Below, piece after piece: positions 1-10,436 of a stretch of 64,000 bases of DNA. Source of the stretch: Myxococcota bacterium (lineage in GTDB: Bacteria; Myxococcota; XYA12-FULL-58-9; JABJBS01); the NCBI GenBank assembly GCA_036339465.1, contig JAYZAY010000001.1, positions 22,707-86,706 of the forward strand, read 5' to 3'. Position 1 is the stretch's first letter. Each line of letters starts with the position of its first letter. Under the pieces are notes generated by a model. It was given only the letters and a program-made list of their open reading frames with translations, was not told where the DNA came from and did no database searches. Both the position numbers and the translations under genes were made by a program.

Positions 1-311
1 CCGGCAACGTGGGCCAAACGAATTATGCTCTTACGAAAGCCGCTCTCGTAGGATTGGTAAGTGCCTGGTCCAACGATTTTAAAAAGAAGGGAATCACAGT
101 CAATGCCGTCGCCCCCGGCTTCATCGAAACCCGAATGACAGCAGCGATACCATTCGCAATTCGCGAAGTTGCTCGCAGATTGAACGCCTTCTCACAAGGA
201 GGGCTGCCCGGAGATGTGGCCGAAGCCATCAAGTTCTTCGCTCTACCGTCCAGTACGGGCGTGAGCGGACAGGTTCTCCGGATCTGTGGCGGAGCCCTCG
301 TAGGCGCATAA
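1..311 (+). CDS. 3-oxoacyl-ACP reductase / SDR family, FabG4-like; 5'-truncated at the window edge
   Basis: GQTNYALTK (YxxxK), [13 protein letters not shown] and the [10 protein letters not shown]-terminus are typical of long FabG4-type SDRs; the frame runs off the left edge. Confidence 0.85.
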   Translation, partial: GNVGQTNYALTKAALVGLVSAWSNDFKKKGITVNAVAPGFIETRMTAAIPFAIREVARRLNAFSQGGLPGDVAEAIKFFALPSSTGVSGQVLRICGGALVGA

Positions 312-326
312 TCAAAGGAGTCGAGG

Positions 327-1646
327 ATGTCTGAGAAAACGACAAAACAGAAAAAATATTCATCACGACCACGGCGTGCCGTGATTGTGGGTGGTGTGCG
401 GTCCCCTTTCGTGAAGGCTTTCGGCCCCTACTTAACCATGGACACAATTACCCTAGCAACGGCGGTGGTAAAAGCGTTGCTCGAAAAATACCCACTCCCC
501 CAGGGGTCGATTGATTCTCTGGTTTGGGGTGGTGTGATTCTCCCAAGTGCCTGCCCAAACACTGCGCGAGAAATTGTTATTGACGCCAACCTTCCACGTT
601 CTACTGAAGCGTTTACGGTAAGTCGCGCTTGTGCTTCCGGGCTACAGGCCATTACCACCGCAGCCATGGCTATCGAACGGGGTGACGCGGATATCGTTAT
701 TGCAGGTGGATCCGATTCCACCAGTAATGCGGAAATCCAATTACCACAGAAACTTGTCCATGAGTTAGCCCCCCTTGCTTTCGGCAAGGCCAAGCCCTCG
801 GATTTAATTGGCTCTCTCGCGCGTTTGAATTTCGCCAAAGACGTTTTGCCTCGTGCGCCCAAAATAGCAGAGCGTAGCACGGGCCAAACCATGGGTGAAG
901 CCGCAGAAGACATGGCCCGGCGCAATGAAATTAGTCGGGAAGCCCAAGACAATCTCGCATTTGAGTCACACCAGCGCGCAGCCAACGCAGTAACAACGGG
1001 ACGCTTTGACGATGAGGTGGTTCCTATACAATGCCAAAACGGCGAGTGGGTTCACCAAGACCAATTGATTCGTGCAAGCACAACCCGGGAAAAGCTAAGC
1101 AAACTGAGATCCGCCTTTGCCAAAAACGGTTCCCTCACAGCGGGAAATTCAAGTCCCTTGACCGACGGCGCCTCGGCGACCCTCCTCATGTCGGAAGAAA
1201 AAGCTGAGAGCCTCGGTTTAACGCCGAAAGCAGCCATTTTAGATTGGGCCTACGTAGGCGTTGACCCGGCAGACCAACTACTAATGGGGCCCGCATTGTC
1301 TATTCCGAAGGTATTGGCAAAAAGTGGCTTGGAATTGGGCGACGTCAGCCTGGTTGATATCCATGAAGCCTTTGCTTCCCAGGTTTTGAGTGTCGTCAAA
1401 ATGCTCGCTAGCGACTCATTTGCCCAAAAGCGCTTAGGCAGAAAACAAGCAGTGGGGCAAATTGGGCCGGCGAAGCTCAATGTTCATGGCGGGTCCATCG
1501 CTATCGGTCACCCATTTGCGGCCACGGGCTCACGTATGGTGAACACCATGGCCAACGAATTGGCACTCGGACAAGGGGAATTTGCGGTTCTTGGCATCTG
1601 TGCCGCAGGAGGACTTGGCGCCTCCGCGCTATTACAACGGCTCTAA
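327..1646 (+). CDS. fadI: Acetyl-CoA C-acyltransferase (thiolase), FadI/FadA2-like
   Basis: Catalytic Cys in SRACASG, HEAFA, GGSIAIGHPFAATG and CAAGG motifs; SD-like AGGAG/GAGG upstream. Confidence 0.85.
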   Translation: MSEKTTKQKKYSSRPRRAVIVGGVRSPFVKAFGPYLTMDTITLATAVVKALLEKYPLPQGSIDSLVWGGVILPSACPNTAREIVIDANLPRSTEAFTVSRACASGLQAITTAAMAIERGDADIVIAGGSDSTSNAEIQLPQKLVHELAPLAFGKAKPSDLIGSLARLNFAKDVLPRAPKIAERSTGQTMGEAAEDMARRNEISREAQDNLAFESHQRAANAVTTGRFDDEVVPIQCQNGEWVHQDQLIRASTTREKLSKLRSAFAKNGSLTAGNSSPLTDGASATLLMSEEKAESLGLTPKAAILDWAYVGVDPADQLLMGPALSIPKVLAKSGLELGDVSLVDIHEAFASQVLSVVKMLASDSFAQKRLGRKQAVGQIGPAKLNVHGGSIAIGHPFAATGSRMVNTMANELALGQGEFAVLGICAAGGLGASALLQRL

Positions 1647-1661
1647 AAACGACTCCATCAA

Positions 1662-2426
1662 TTAGACACTCCTCTGGTTCTTGATATTATCATAGGCCCG
1701 ATTGATAAGCTGTAGCTTATGGGTTGCAGCCTCAACAAACTCCTCTGGCATCCCACTGGCCATCAGCTTATCGGGGTGATGCTCCAGGGCTAACTCTCGG
1801 TACCTCTTCTTAATTTCGTCAAGCGGCGCGCTCGCGTCAACGCCCAGGATTCTGTAGTCACTTTCTGCCGATGAGAAGAAAAGTTCCTTGATTGCCAACT
1901 CTTGCGCGTCTGAGAAACCGAATATCTGGCTCACGTCCTCTAGAATAACACGTTCTCCCTCGTGAAGGACCTTGTCTGCTGCAGCCACCTGATAAAGCAG
2001 CGTGAGAACCTGTTCACGAAGGGCCTTGGAATGTTGGAAAAATGAGGCGAATTGTATCGCATAGTCCCGATAGGAAGTTTCGCTATCTTTTGCTGCACTG
2101 AAGAGTCTGATAGCCATTTGGCGTTGAGCGTCTTCGAGCCGTAGGCAATCCCGCATAAACGATTCCACGACAGATATTTCTTCTCGGCAAACCACACCAT
2201 CGGCTTTGGCAAGTTTCCCCAAGAGGGCGAAGACCGTGGTAAAAAAGACAGCTTCCCTAGGCGCCTTATTTGCCCTCTGGGTAGTTGTTGTGCCTGTTTT
2301 CCCGGCTTCGGCACGCTCTTTGGCATCGCCGAGCGCATGTCCCGCAACCCCGCCTAAAAGGGCTCCGATGGGCCCCCCAAGCACATACCCCACCGAACCA
2401 AGTATGAACGTATTAAACCAACTCAT
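1662..2426 (-). CDS. djlA: Co-chaperone DjlA (N-terminal TM, TerB-like domain, C-terminal J domain)
   Basis: GGPIGALLGGVAGH, AKADGVV, J-domain HHPDKL; start placed at MSWFNT (ATG 2426) after GGGAGA. Confidence 0.88.
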   Translation of the reverse strand: MSWFNTFILGSVGYVLGGPIGALLGGVAGHALGDAKERAEAGKTGTTTTQRANKAPREAVFFTTVFALLGKLAKADGVVCREEISVVESFMRDCLRLEDAQRQMAIRLFSAAKDSETSYRDYAIQFASFFQHSKALREQVLTLLYQVAAADKVLHEGERVILEDVSQIFGFSDAQELAIKELFFSSAESDYRILGVDASAPLDEIKKRYRELALEHHPDKLMASGMPEEFVEAATHKLQLINRAYDNIKNQRSV

Positions 2427-2508
2427 TGATTCTCCCATCTTAAAAACGAGCATGCCGTATACCTCATCTACTTGCGGGGCAGAAGTGTAGAAACTATGTG
2501 TGTGAACT

Positions 2509-3267
2509 ATGGATTTAGACACTCTACATACTGGGGTCATGGTTGAGTTCGTAGCTGCGGTGGTCACAGGCGCCGCGCTACTACTCATTTCAGCACCTTA
2601 TGGGCGACACGCTCGGTCGGGTTTTGGCCCGACGGTACCAGCGCGCCTTGCCTGGATTTTAATGGAAGTACCTGCCCTCCTCTGCTTCAGCGTCCCTTTT
2701 TTAATGGAAGCCACAAACCAGCCCGGTATTCACTGGCTCTTTTTCGGCGGTTGGTTTTTTCATTACAGCTATCGAACTTTCGTTTTCCCCTTCAAACTCA
2801 ATATAGCTAGACGCACAACCCCCTTTCTAATCGTTGTATTGGCCATCATCTTCAATGCGTTGAATGGGTCGATCAATGCAGCCTGGCTGAAATTCTATCC
2901 TACGGATCTGGATTCTTGGGAGACAATACTCCGGGTGATTCTAGGCTCAGTCCTTTTTACCTCAGGTGTTCGTATCAACCACCAATCCGATGCAATCCTG
3001 ATGGCGTTACGAACAGACACATCGGATACGTCCTATAAGATTCCCCACGGGGGCATGTACCGCTATATATCCTGTCCAAACTATTTCGGTGAATTATTGG
3101 AGTGGAGCGGTTGGGCTATCGCAACCGGCTCACTGGCGGGCTGGGCGTTCGTCGCATTCACTGCTTCTAATCTCGTCCCAAGGGCACTGGCCCATCATCG
3201 CTGGTACCAAGAAAAATTCGGTGATTATCCAAAAGACCGGAAAATCCTCCTACCTTTTGTGTGGTAG
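2509..3267 (+). CDS. Steroid 5-alpha-reductase family membrane protein (3-oxo-5-alpha-steroid 4-dehydrogenase)
   Basis: APYGRH, AWILMEVP, YKIPHGGMYRYISCPNYFGELLEWSG and RALAHHRWY match SRD5A-type motifs. Confidence 0.9.
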   Translation: MDLDTLHTGVMVEFVAAVVTGAALLLISAPYGRHARSGFGPTVPARLAWILMEVPALLCFSVPFLMEATNQPGIHWLFFGGWFFHYSYRTFVFPFKLNIARRTTPFLIVVLAIIFNALNGSINAAWLKFYPTDLDSWETILRVILGSVLFTSGVRINHQSDAILMALRTDTSDTSYKIPHGGMYRYISCPNYFGELLEWSGWAIATGSLAGWAFVAFTASNLVPRALAHHRWYQEKFGDYPKDRKILLPFVW

Positions 3268-3312
3268 TAGCCCCACAAGCCACCGTCGACCACAGGCCTC
3301 AGGGCCCCTATC

Positions 3313-4530
3313 TTAGCGAGGAGGAAGGAAAAACTCGATAAGTTCCTCGCGGTAAGCATCTGCATCGGCCTTGCCGAGTTCAATCATCGCCGTGGCCAAT
3401 CTACCATCGAAAAGCAGATAACTAAGCAAATCCGACTCACCTAAGGCATCTTTATCGGAAATCAGATCAAAAAGAACACCCGAGAGACCCTTTAACTTTG
3501 ACTTGAAAACGTCAATAAATTCTGCCGCCATCTCACCAAGATCCCGAGAAGGCCGAATCACCAACGTGTCGATTTCGCGGTAAGAAGCTCCTCGCATGTC
3601 TTTGGATGTTTTGTTGATTTGTTCGACAAACTCTTTTCCGAAGGTCGCACGCCCGTCGCTCAGCAGCCGATTGAATCCCTCAAGTCTTTTTAAATCATAG
3701 TCTAGACGATCCAGCATGATACTGTCGATCATCTTACCAATAAGAAAGAGCGGACTCGGATATTCTTCCACATCATCATCCAACAATAAGGGATCCGCAG
3801 TCGGCAGACTATCTCCACTCACGCCCACCACCAATACGCGGCTCGCTCCCAAACGAAGGGCCGGAGACAGTGGCGTATTCTGCCTCACTCCACCATCGCA
3901 ATAATAAGAACCATTAATCTCCCGTGCCGGAAATAGAATCGGAATGGCCGCTGAAGCCAAAGCATGTTCAGAAGTTATCTTCGCCGCTTCTGCCCTGGCT
4001 TTTGGATCTCTGGACCAAGTCGGTAATCCGCCTTCATGCCGGTCCACAAAAACTGTGCTTTTGCCCGAGCGGACATGGGTCGCACTAACCGCCAAGGCAT
4101 CCACGATTCCGGCGCGGATATTATAGCCAATCTGCGTCCACGGCAGGTCGCGTACGACAGCATCGGTCAACCTAGCGGAATTGATGAAAATCCCTCTTTT
4201 ATTGGGTTTGGCGTTCAATAGCGCTCGAATATCCAGTGGAAGACGCAACATATCAGTGGCGCCCAACCGAAGCATATTCTCAATTCGCATATCTCGCCAA
4301 AAATCCAAGAGGCGGTCAATATCGTTACCGGGAATATGGGAGGTCCCAGCCAAGTAGCAGGCATGAATTGCCCCCGCGGAACTGCCACAAAAAATATTGA
4401 ACATGGAAGGGCGAATAATTTCCTTCGGGAGTTCCTCGAAGATATAGGCCAAAACGCCAGCTTCATAGGCCCCCCGAGCGCCCCCGCCGGCTAAAACGAT
4501 GCCTCGTTTAATTTCGGTTTCTCTGCTCAT
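3313..4530 (-). CDS. Patatin-like phospholipase
   Basis: GGGARG, GSSAG nucleophile elbow and DGG motifs; start overlaps the trpA stop (ATGA). Confidence 0.9.
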   Translation of the reverse strand: MSRETEIKRGIVLAGGGARGAYEAGVLAYIFEELPKEIIRPSMFNIFCGSSAGAIHACYLAGTSHIPGNDIDRLLDFWRDMRIENMLRLGATDMLRLPLDIRALLNAKPNKRGIFINSARLTDAVVRDLPWTQIGYNIRAGIVDALAVSATHVRSGKSTVFVDRHEGGLPTWSRDPKARAEAAKITSEHALASAAIPILFPAREINGSYYCDGGVRQNTPLSPALRLGASRVLVVGVSGDSLPTADPLLLDDDVEEYPSPLFLIGKMIDSIMLDRLDYDLKRLEGFNRLLSDGRATFGKEFVEQINKTSKDMRGASYREIDTLVIRPSRDLGEMAAEFIDVFKSKLKGLSGVLFDLISDKDALGESDLLSYLLFDGRLATAMIELGKADADAYREELIEFFLPPR

Positions 4531-5354
4531 TTAAGGCGACCTTCGGTCGCAGATCCATCTATCCCCCTGCGTAATTCCGCGACAAAGCGGCCCAATTCAG
4601 CAAGCCGGTCTGCTTCAGGTGCATCCAATTCGAGGATTTGCACCAAAGCAGACCCCACAACAACACCATCGGCAATTTTTGCCACTTCCCCAGCCATCTC
4701 TCCTGACCGAATCCCAAAACCGACACACATCGGCAGCGAGCTGTCGACACCTACATCTGAAATCATACGTTCCACGGGCTTGAGTGACGACAACGCCCCC
4801 CCCGTCACCCCTGTCATGGCAACAAGATAGATAAAGCCAGAGGCATCTTCCGCAATTCTTTGCGACCGCTCTCGCCCACTTGTTGGAGCAATGAGTCGAA
4901 TCCACGCCAAAGAATAACGCTTCGCGATTTCGGAAAACCCACTCGCTTCTTCCATGGGAAGGTCCACAACCAAAACTCCATCAACCCCGGCCTCCACAGC
5001 TGCTTTGCACAGCTGCTCCTCTCCGATGGATATATAGGGATTTAAATAACCGAATAACACCACGGGGGTTTTCTCGTCTACTTGCCTGATTTTTCGAATT
5101 AAATCCAGGGCGCTATGCAACCCCCCACCATTTTCCAAGGCTCGGCCCATCGCGCGTTGAATCACCGGGCCATCCGCAAGGGGATCTGAGAAAGGGACAC
5201 CGACTTCGAGAATATCTACGCCATTCTCGATCGCTTTGATTGCGGCCATAAAGGATACTTCAAGATTAGGGTCTCCTGCTGTCAGATAAGCGACCAGGGC
5301 CTTTTTACCCGTCTGCCGCAAGTCTGAAAAACATTTATTTAATCGATTACTCAT
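4527..5354 (-). CDS. trpA: Tryptophan synthase alpha chain
   Basis: YLTAGDP, EVGVPFSDPLADGPVIQ, GVTG, VGFGI, ADGVVVGSA. Confidence 0.97.
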   Translation of the reverse strand: MSNRLNKCFSDLRQTGKKALVAYLTAGDPNLEVSFMAAIKAIENGVDILEVGVPFSDPLADGPVIQRAMGRALENGGGLHSALDLIRKIRQVDEKTPVVLFGYLNPYISIGEEQLCKAAVEAGVDGVLVVDLPMEEASGFSEIAKRYSLAWIRLIAPTSGRERSQRIAEDASGFIYLVAMTGVTGGALSSLKPVERMISDVGVDSSLPMCVGFGIRSGEMAGEVAKIADGVVVGSALVQILELDAPEADRLAELGRFVAELRRGIDGSATEGRLK

Positions 5355-5381
5355 CAACGTTGTTCCCTTAATACCATCGTC

Positions 5382-6581
5382 TTAAGATGCACTCTCGCCT
5401 AAGAAACGGGCCAATTCCGTCATGTCCTTATCGCCCCGTCCCGACAGTCCAACCAAAATTCGGGCGCCTTGGTGACCCTTTGCATAACGCATTGCCATAG
5501 CCACAGCGTGCGCCGTTTCAAGAGCACAAATGATGCCCTCAGCTTTCGCAAGTACTTGTAAAGCTTCGACTGCCTCTCGGTCATCCACACCCTCATAACT
5601 GGCCCGACCTGTGGCTTGTAAAAAGCAATGCTCTGGACCAACAGCCGGATAGTCCAGTCCCGCTGCAATAGAATGCGGAGGGCTAATTTGCCCGTCTTCC
5701 GATTGCAAGACTTGAGTTCGCGCGCCATGTAAGACCCCCAGGGTGCCACAATTTAGGGAAGCAGAATGCCGGCCTGTATCGAGACCATCGCCCGCCGCTT
5801 CAGCCCCAATCAGCCGCACCGACTCATCACCCACAAATGCGTGGAAAAGACCAATGGCATTCGAACCACCTCCCACGCAAGCTGTGACCATATTCGGAAG
5901 TCCACCCTGCTCCAACATTTGCCTGCGGGCTTCCTCACCAATCACGGATTGCAAATTACGGACCATCACCGGGTAGGGGTGTGGTCCAGCGGCGGATCCC
6001 ACCAGGTAGTAGGTATCATCAACATTCGCTACCCAATCCCGCATTGCCTCGTTCATCGCATCTTTCAGAGTTTTGGTGCCGGAAGTTACAGCACGAACCT
6101 CGGCGCCAAACAATTGCATTCTTAATACATTTAACCCTTGGCGTCGAATGTCTTCAGACCCCATATAGACCACGCACTCAAAACCAAATATGGCGCAAGC
6201 CGCCGCCGTCGCAACCCCATGCTGCCCTGCACCCGTTTCAGCGATCACTCTCTTCTTACCCATTTTGCGGCACAGCAGAGCTTGCCCCAGGGTTTGGTTT
6301 ATCTTGTGTGCCCCAGTGTGGTTGAGGTCTTCCCTTTTTAGGAATATCTCAGCCCCCAATTCAGATGACAAGCGTTTTGCATGGGTCAGCAAACTCGGTC
6401 GCCCCACAATGGTATTGAGCAGCTTCCGATATTCCACTTCGAACGAAGGGTCAGCACTTACTGCGTCATAGGCCCGCTCAAGCTCCAGGAGAGCCGGCAT
6501 AAGCACCTCCGGAACAAACCGCCCCCCAAAATCGCCAAATCGGCCAGTTTTATCTGGTCTTCCCGCAATCGGCTCAAACAT
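5382..6581 (-). CDS. trpB: Tryptophan synthase beta chain
   Basis: [45 protein letters not shown]; start at ATG 6581, overlapping the trpF stop. Confidence 0.97.
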   Translation of the reverse strand: MFEPIAGRPDKTGRFGDFGGRFVPEVLMPALLELERAYDAVSADPSFEVEYRKLLNTIVGRPSLLTHAKRLSSELGAEIFLKREDLNHTGAHKINQTLGQALLCRKMGKKRVIAETGAGQHGVATAAACAIFGFECVVYMGSEDIRRQGLNVLRMQLFGAEVRAVTSGTKTLKDAMNEAMRDWVANVDDTYYLVGSAAGPHPYPVMVRNLQSVIGEEARRQMLEQGGLPNMVTACVGGGSNAIGLFHAFVGDESVRLIGAEAAGDGLDTGRHSASLNCGTLGVLHGARTQVLQSEDGQISPPHSIAAGLDYPAVGPEHCFLQATGRASYEGVDDREAVEALQVLAKAEGIICALETAHAVAMAMRYAKGHQGARILVGLSGRGDKDMTELARFLGESAS

Positions 6582-7230
6582 CTTCCAACTCCGCATTCAT
6601 TTGGGCAAAGGCCCTCTTTGCTTCCTCGATAAAGGTTTTCGTTTTCTCTGGGCACTTCCTACCTGGGCTAAATTCTACACCAGAGGCAGCATCCACCCCC
6701 CAGGGGTTTAGGGTCGTAATTCGCGAATAAATATTACCGGAATTCAATCCTCCCGCGAGTATGGTTCGACGCGCCCGGCATACCGTGCGTGCCACATCCT
6801 CTGGAGCAAGGACACCTGTTCCGCCCTTCCGAAGGGGATCTCGGGCATCCACGAGCAGGATGTCACCGGGCCAGGATAGCACACCCTGGAGGTCTGTATC
6901 ACGACCGACGCCCACAGCTTTAAATGTCTTGCCTGGCTCAAGCCTCAACATCTCGGGAGATTCATCACCGTGAAGTTGCACCAAATCCATAACCCCACAA
7001 CGAAGTATCTGACTTAAAGCATCCGGAGAAGGGTCCACCATGACTGCAACCCGGAGGATATCCTCTCCAATGGCACCCCCAATCTCAATGGCTGAGTCAA
7101 GGTCCACCGACCGGGGACTATTTGGCCACAGGTTAAGCCCAATGGCATTGGCACCAAGCTCCACAGCTATTTTAGCATCCTTCACAGTACGGATTCCGCA
7201 AATTTTTATCAGATTTACCGGTAGCTGCAT
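6574..7230 (-). CDS. trpF: Phosphoribosylanthranilate isomerase
   Basis: [31 protein letters not shown]. Confidence 0.95.
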   Translation of the reverse strand: MQLPVNLIKICGIRTVKDAKIAVELGANAIGLNLWPNSPRSVDLDSAIEIGGAIGEDILRVAVMVDPSPDALSQILRCGVMDLVQLHGDESPEMLRLEPGKTFKAVGVGRDTDLQGVLSWPGDILLVDARDPLRKGGTGVLAPEDVARTVCRARRTILAGGLNSGNIYSRITTLNPWGVDAASGVEFSPGRKCPEKTKTFIEEAKRAFAQMNAELEDV

Positions 7231-8034
7231 TTACTGCCCCAATAGCATCTTGAGGGCGCGTGTAGGGTCAGGGCTACGCGCTAAATGCGTTCCCACCAAG
7301 AAAGCTTGATAGCCCTGTTCATAAAGCTTTTTGATGGCGGTGGAGTCAGAAATACCGGATTCAGCTACTAGAAACCTACCTTCTGGTAAGTCTGAGTAGA
7401 TTTTGGCAGCACGATCGTGGTCGACTCTGAGACTACTCAGATCGCGGTGGTTCACCCCAATTAACACCTCTTCCGGTAATTTTAGTGCTTTTTGGACCTC
7501 TAAATCTTCGTGTACTTCTACCAAGACATCCATACCAAGTTCGATCGCACGTTCGGCGCACGCCCGTAATACGTCGATTTCCAAAGTTCGAGCCAGCAAC
7601 AAAATTGCATCTGCCCCCAACCATCGAGATTCATCCACTTGGTACGCGTCTACAATAAAATCCTTTCGGAGCGCAGGCAGTCCTGCGGCCTGCTTACACC
7701 AAGCAATCATTTCTTTTTGGCCCCAAAAATATCGATTATCGGTTAAAACCGACAAGGCGCGAGCGCCGCCCGCACCGGAGGCTGAAGCAAGATCCTCACC
7801 AGACCAATCGGGCACCTCTAAATCGGGCCGCAATACCCCTGTAGAAGGTGATGCGCGCTTGACCTCGGCAATAATGGCGGGTCCCGTTTGGCACTCAAGC
7901 GCTTTCTTAAAGCCCTCGGAAGCAGGCGCGGCCGCCGCTAACTCCTTCATTAATGACGGGGATATCCGTTCCTTCTGCCACGAAACCTCGCGTTTCTTAA
8001 AAGCCACGATACGTTCCAACACACCACCACTCAT
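7231..8034 (-). CDS. trpC: Indole-3-glycerol phosphate synthase
   Basis: IIAEVKRASPS, LSVLTD, LRKDFI, VEVH, GVNHRDL, VAESGI; true start likely MSGGVLERI (8034), since the longer ORF overlaps ffh. Confidence 0.95.
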   Translation of the reverse strand: MSGGVLERIVAFKKREVSWQKERISPSLMKELAAAAPASEGFKKALECQTGPAIIAEVKRASPSTGVLRPDLEVPDWSGEDLASASGAGGARALSVLTDNRYFWGQKEMIAWCKQAAGLPALRKDFIVDAYQVDESRWLGADAILLLARTLEIDVLRACAERAIELGMDVLVEVHEDLEVQKALKLPEEVLIGVNHRDLSSLRVDHDRAAKIYSDLPEGRFLVAESGISDSTAIKKLYEQGYQAFLVGTHLARSPDPTRALKMLLGQ

Positions 8035-8194
8035 GGTTCTCACCCCTTCAAGCTCACCAACCCGCCCACTCTCTTTAAACCAGTCAATCGAGAATGCAAA
8101 CAATCCCCTCTTCTGCCCTTTAACTATGAACAATCCTTTACACATTACGTCGGTAAGTTTATGTACTCCCACCGTTAAAATGGAGTAGCGCCTC

Positions 8195-9847
8195 ATGCTA
8201 GAGATTGTTTCCAAGGGCTTCAAGAGCGCCAAAGCAGCGTTGACCGGTAAGGCCGTCCTCAACGAGGACAATATCAACGATGCGGTTCGACAAATTCGTA
8301 TGTCCCTGCTTGAGGCCGACGTTGAAGTCGGAGTGGTCAAAAGCTTCTTAAAAAGGGTCAAAGAACGATCCATCGGCGAAGTTGTCAATCTCGACACCGA
8401 TAGTGGGAAAAAGAAACTTTCCGCGACCCCTGGCGACCATTTCATCATGATTTGCCAGCATGAGCTGGAAAAGCTTATGGGCGTCACCGAAGAAGACCCA
8501 ATTGTCTACAAGCGGCCCTATACGGTCATCATGATGGTGGGACTCCAGGGAACAGGAAAAACCACAACCACCGGTAAATTGGCCCGCCATTTACTCTCAC
8601 AAAAGAAAAAGCCGATGCTCGTGGCCGCGGATATCTATCGTCCAGCCGCCGTGGAGCAGCTGAAGATTCTCGGCGAACAAATTGGCGTCCCTGTCTATGC
8701 AAAGGACGGTGTACCACCCGCCCAGCTATGTGCTGATGCCCTCAGGGAAGCGAAGAAGCGAAAACGCGACATTGTAATCTTTGATACCGCCGGTCGGTTG
8801 GCCATTGATGATGCGATGATGCTCGAACTCGAAGAGGTTAAAGCCAGAACCCAGCCCCACAACATCTTTCTTGTATGCGATGCGATGGCTGGCCAGGACA
8901 CCGTGAGGACCGCCTCTGAATTTAATAGGAGATTAGACATCGACGGTTTCATCATGACCAAACTCGACGGTGATGCCCGCGGTGGCGCGGCACTTTCGAT
9001 CCGCGAGGTCACGGGAAAACCAATTAAATTTCTCGGGGTTGGCGAGGGCATGGACAAGCTTGAGCCGTTTCGGGCCGAAGGACTTTCCTCTAGAATATTA
9101 GGCATGGGAGACATCGTGGGTCTCATGCGTGATTTCGAGGAGGTTATCGACGAAAAGCAAGCCGAAAAGGACACGAAGAAGCTCCTAAAGGGACAATTCA
9201 CCCTGGATGACTTTCTGACTCAAATAAAAGCCATCGAGAAAATAGGATCTTTAAGCGATATTTATGAAAAGTTCCCAATTTTTGGCGATTCCGCACCCGA
9301 CGGGTTTAAGGTCGACAACAATGCCTTCAAGTTGATGGAATCCATGATTCACTCTATGACCCCAGCAGAGCGGCAAACCCCCAGTTTGATTGATAAATCG
9401 AGAGCCAACAGAATTGCCCGGGGGTCGGGAAGAAAACCAGAACAAGTCCAAGACCTTATTGCTCGTTTTGGCATGATGCAGAACATGATGGGTGGCTTGG
9501 CGGCCCAACCCGGTTTGATGGGCCAGATCCCAGGACTCAAACAATTCGGTCAGCTACGAAAAATGAAGGGGCAAGGACTCGGGGGCTTGTCTGATCTCTT
9601 CGGGGGAAAAGGAATGGGTGGAATGCCAGGTGGAATGCCAGGAATGCCTGGAATGCCTGGAATGCCGGCCGGTGCCGCCTTGCCGCCTGGCGTCACGCCT
9701 GAGCAAATCGAAGCCATGCAACGTCAGTTCGGTGGGATGCCTGGAGGAGTGAGCAGAGGTCCTTCTCGAGCGACCCCTAAGGATAAAGCCAAAACCAAAG
9801 TAAAACGTAAAAATGCCAGAAAGGCCCGTAAAAAGCAGAAGCGCTAG
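8195..9847 (+). CDS. ffh: Signal recognition particle protein Ffh
   Basis: GLQGTGKTTT, DIYRPAA, DTAGR, TKLDGDARGGAALS, M domain (SMT..ER, RIARGSG). Confidence 0.97.
   Translation: MLEIVSKGFKSAKAALTGKAVLNEDNINDAVRQIRMSLLEADVEVGVVKSFLKRVKERSIGEVVNLDTDSGKKKLSATPGDHFIMICQHELEKLMGVTEEDPIVYKRPYTVIMMVGLQGTGKTTTTGKLARHLLSQKKKPMLVAADIYRPAAVEQLKILGEQIGVPVYAKDGVPPAQLCADALREAKKRKRDIVIFDTAGRLAIDDAMMLELEEVKARTQPHNIFLVCDAMAGQDTVRTASEFNRRLDIDGFIMTKLDGDARGGAALSIREVTGKPIKFLGVGEGMDKLEPFRAEGLSSRILGMGDIVGLMRDFEEVIDEKQAEKDTKKLLKGQFTLDDFLTQIKAIEKIGSLSDIYEKFPIFGDSAPDGFKVDNNAFKLMESMIHSMTPAERQTPSLIDKSRANRIARGSGRKPEQVQDLIARFGMMQNMMGGLAAQPGLMGQIPGLKQFGQLRKMKGQGLGGLSDLFGGKGMGGMPGGMPGMPGMPGMPAGAALPPGVTPEQIEAMQRQFGGMPGGVSRGPSRATPKDKAKTKVKRKNARKARKKQKR
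9611..9666 (+). repeat. Imperfect 9/12-nt tandem repeat (GGAATGCCN) encoding GMP repeats in the Ffh tail
   Basis: ggaatgggtggaatgccaggtggaatgccaggaatgcctggaatgcctggaatgccg. Confidence 0.8.
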
Positions 9848-9886
9848 CTGAGTGTCCCGTTTCTAGAGATGAACTGGAAACCGAAA

Positions 9887-10420
9887 CTATTTTTTTCCGG
9901 CCCTTCGTTTGGCCCCTTTAGGTTTCTCGGTTTCCACAGCAACGGTATAAACAATCCCCGTTGAACTTGATTTCTTAGGGAGAGTTTCATCTTCGTTCTC
10001 GGGCACAACGGTCAGGACTCTACCCTTCGCTACGGTTTCGCCACGCTGGTTATCGGCCCAAACATCGATGTCGACCAAGTACTCATTATCCTCAACCCGT
10101 GTTTCAACGATTATTCCCCGGCAGGTTAGAACATCGCCTGGCCAAAGGAGTTTCATGAGCCGTAGGCCGTAACGTCGAATCGAAGATCCAGTCAATGAAT
10201 TCTGAATCATCCGCCCAATATACGACATAACCAATGTGCTCGGCGCGAAGACCGTCGTTCGCCCAGCGGCTTTCGCAACTTTATCGTCTAAATGGACCGC
10301 GTTATAATCATCTGCTGCCCCGGCATAGCGAGCAAGAGTCACTCGGTTAAGGGCTGGTATAGAAATCCCTTCCAGTGGACTTCCCGACTCTGCATTCTCG
10401 TATGTAAGTTTCTTTGGCAT
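9887..10420 (-). CDS. MaoC-family (R)-specific dehydratase, HadB-like, with a Lys-rich tail
   Basis: YAGAADDYNAVHLDD hydratase-2-like motif; PGDVLTCRG; hot-dog fold pattern. Confidence 0.8.
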   Translation of the reverse strand: MPKKLTYENAESGSPLEGISIPALNRVTLARYAGAADDYNAVHLDDKVAKAAGRTTVFAPSTLVMSYIGRMIQNSLTGSSIRRYGLRLMKLLWPGDVLTCRGIIVETRVEDNEYLVDIDVWADNQRGETVAKGRVLTVVPENEDETLPKKSSSTGIVYTVAVETEKPKGAKRRAGKK

Positions 10421-10436
10421 TGAAAAGCCCTCAGTT

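Noticed and set aside
8035..8487. 150-aa N-terminal extension of TrpC in the ORF track
   Set aside because: Largely antisense to ffh; TrpC similarity starts at MSGGVLERI
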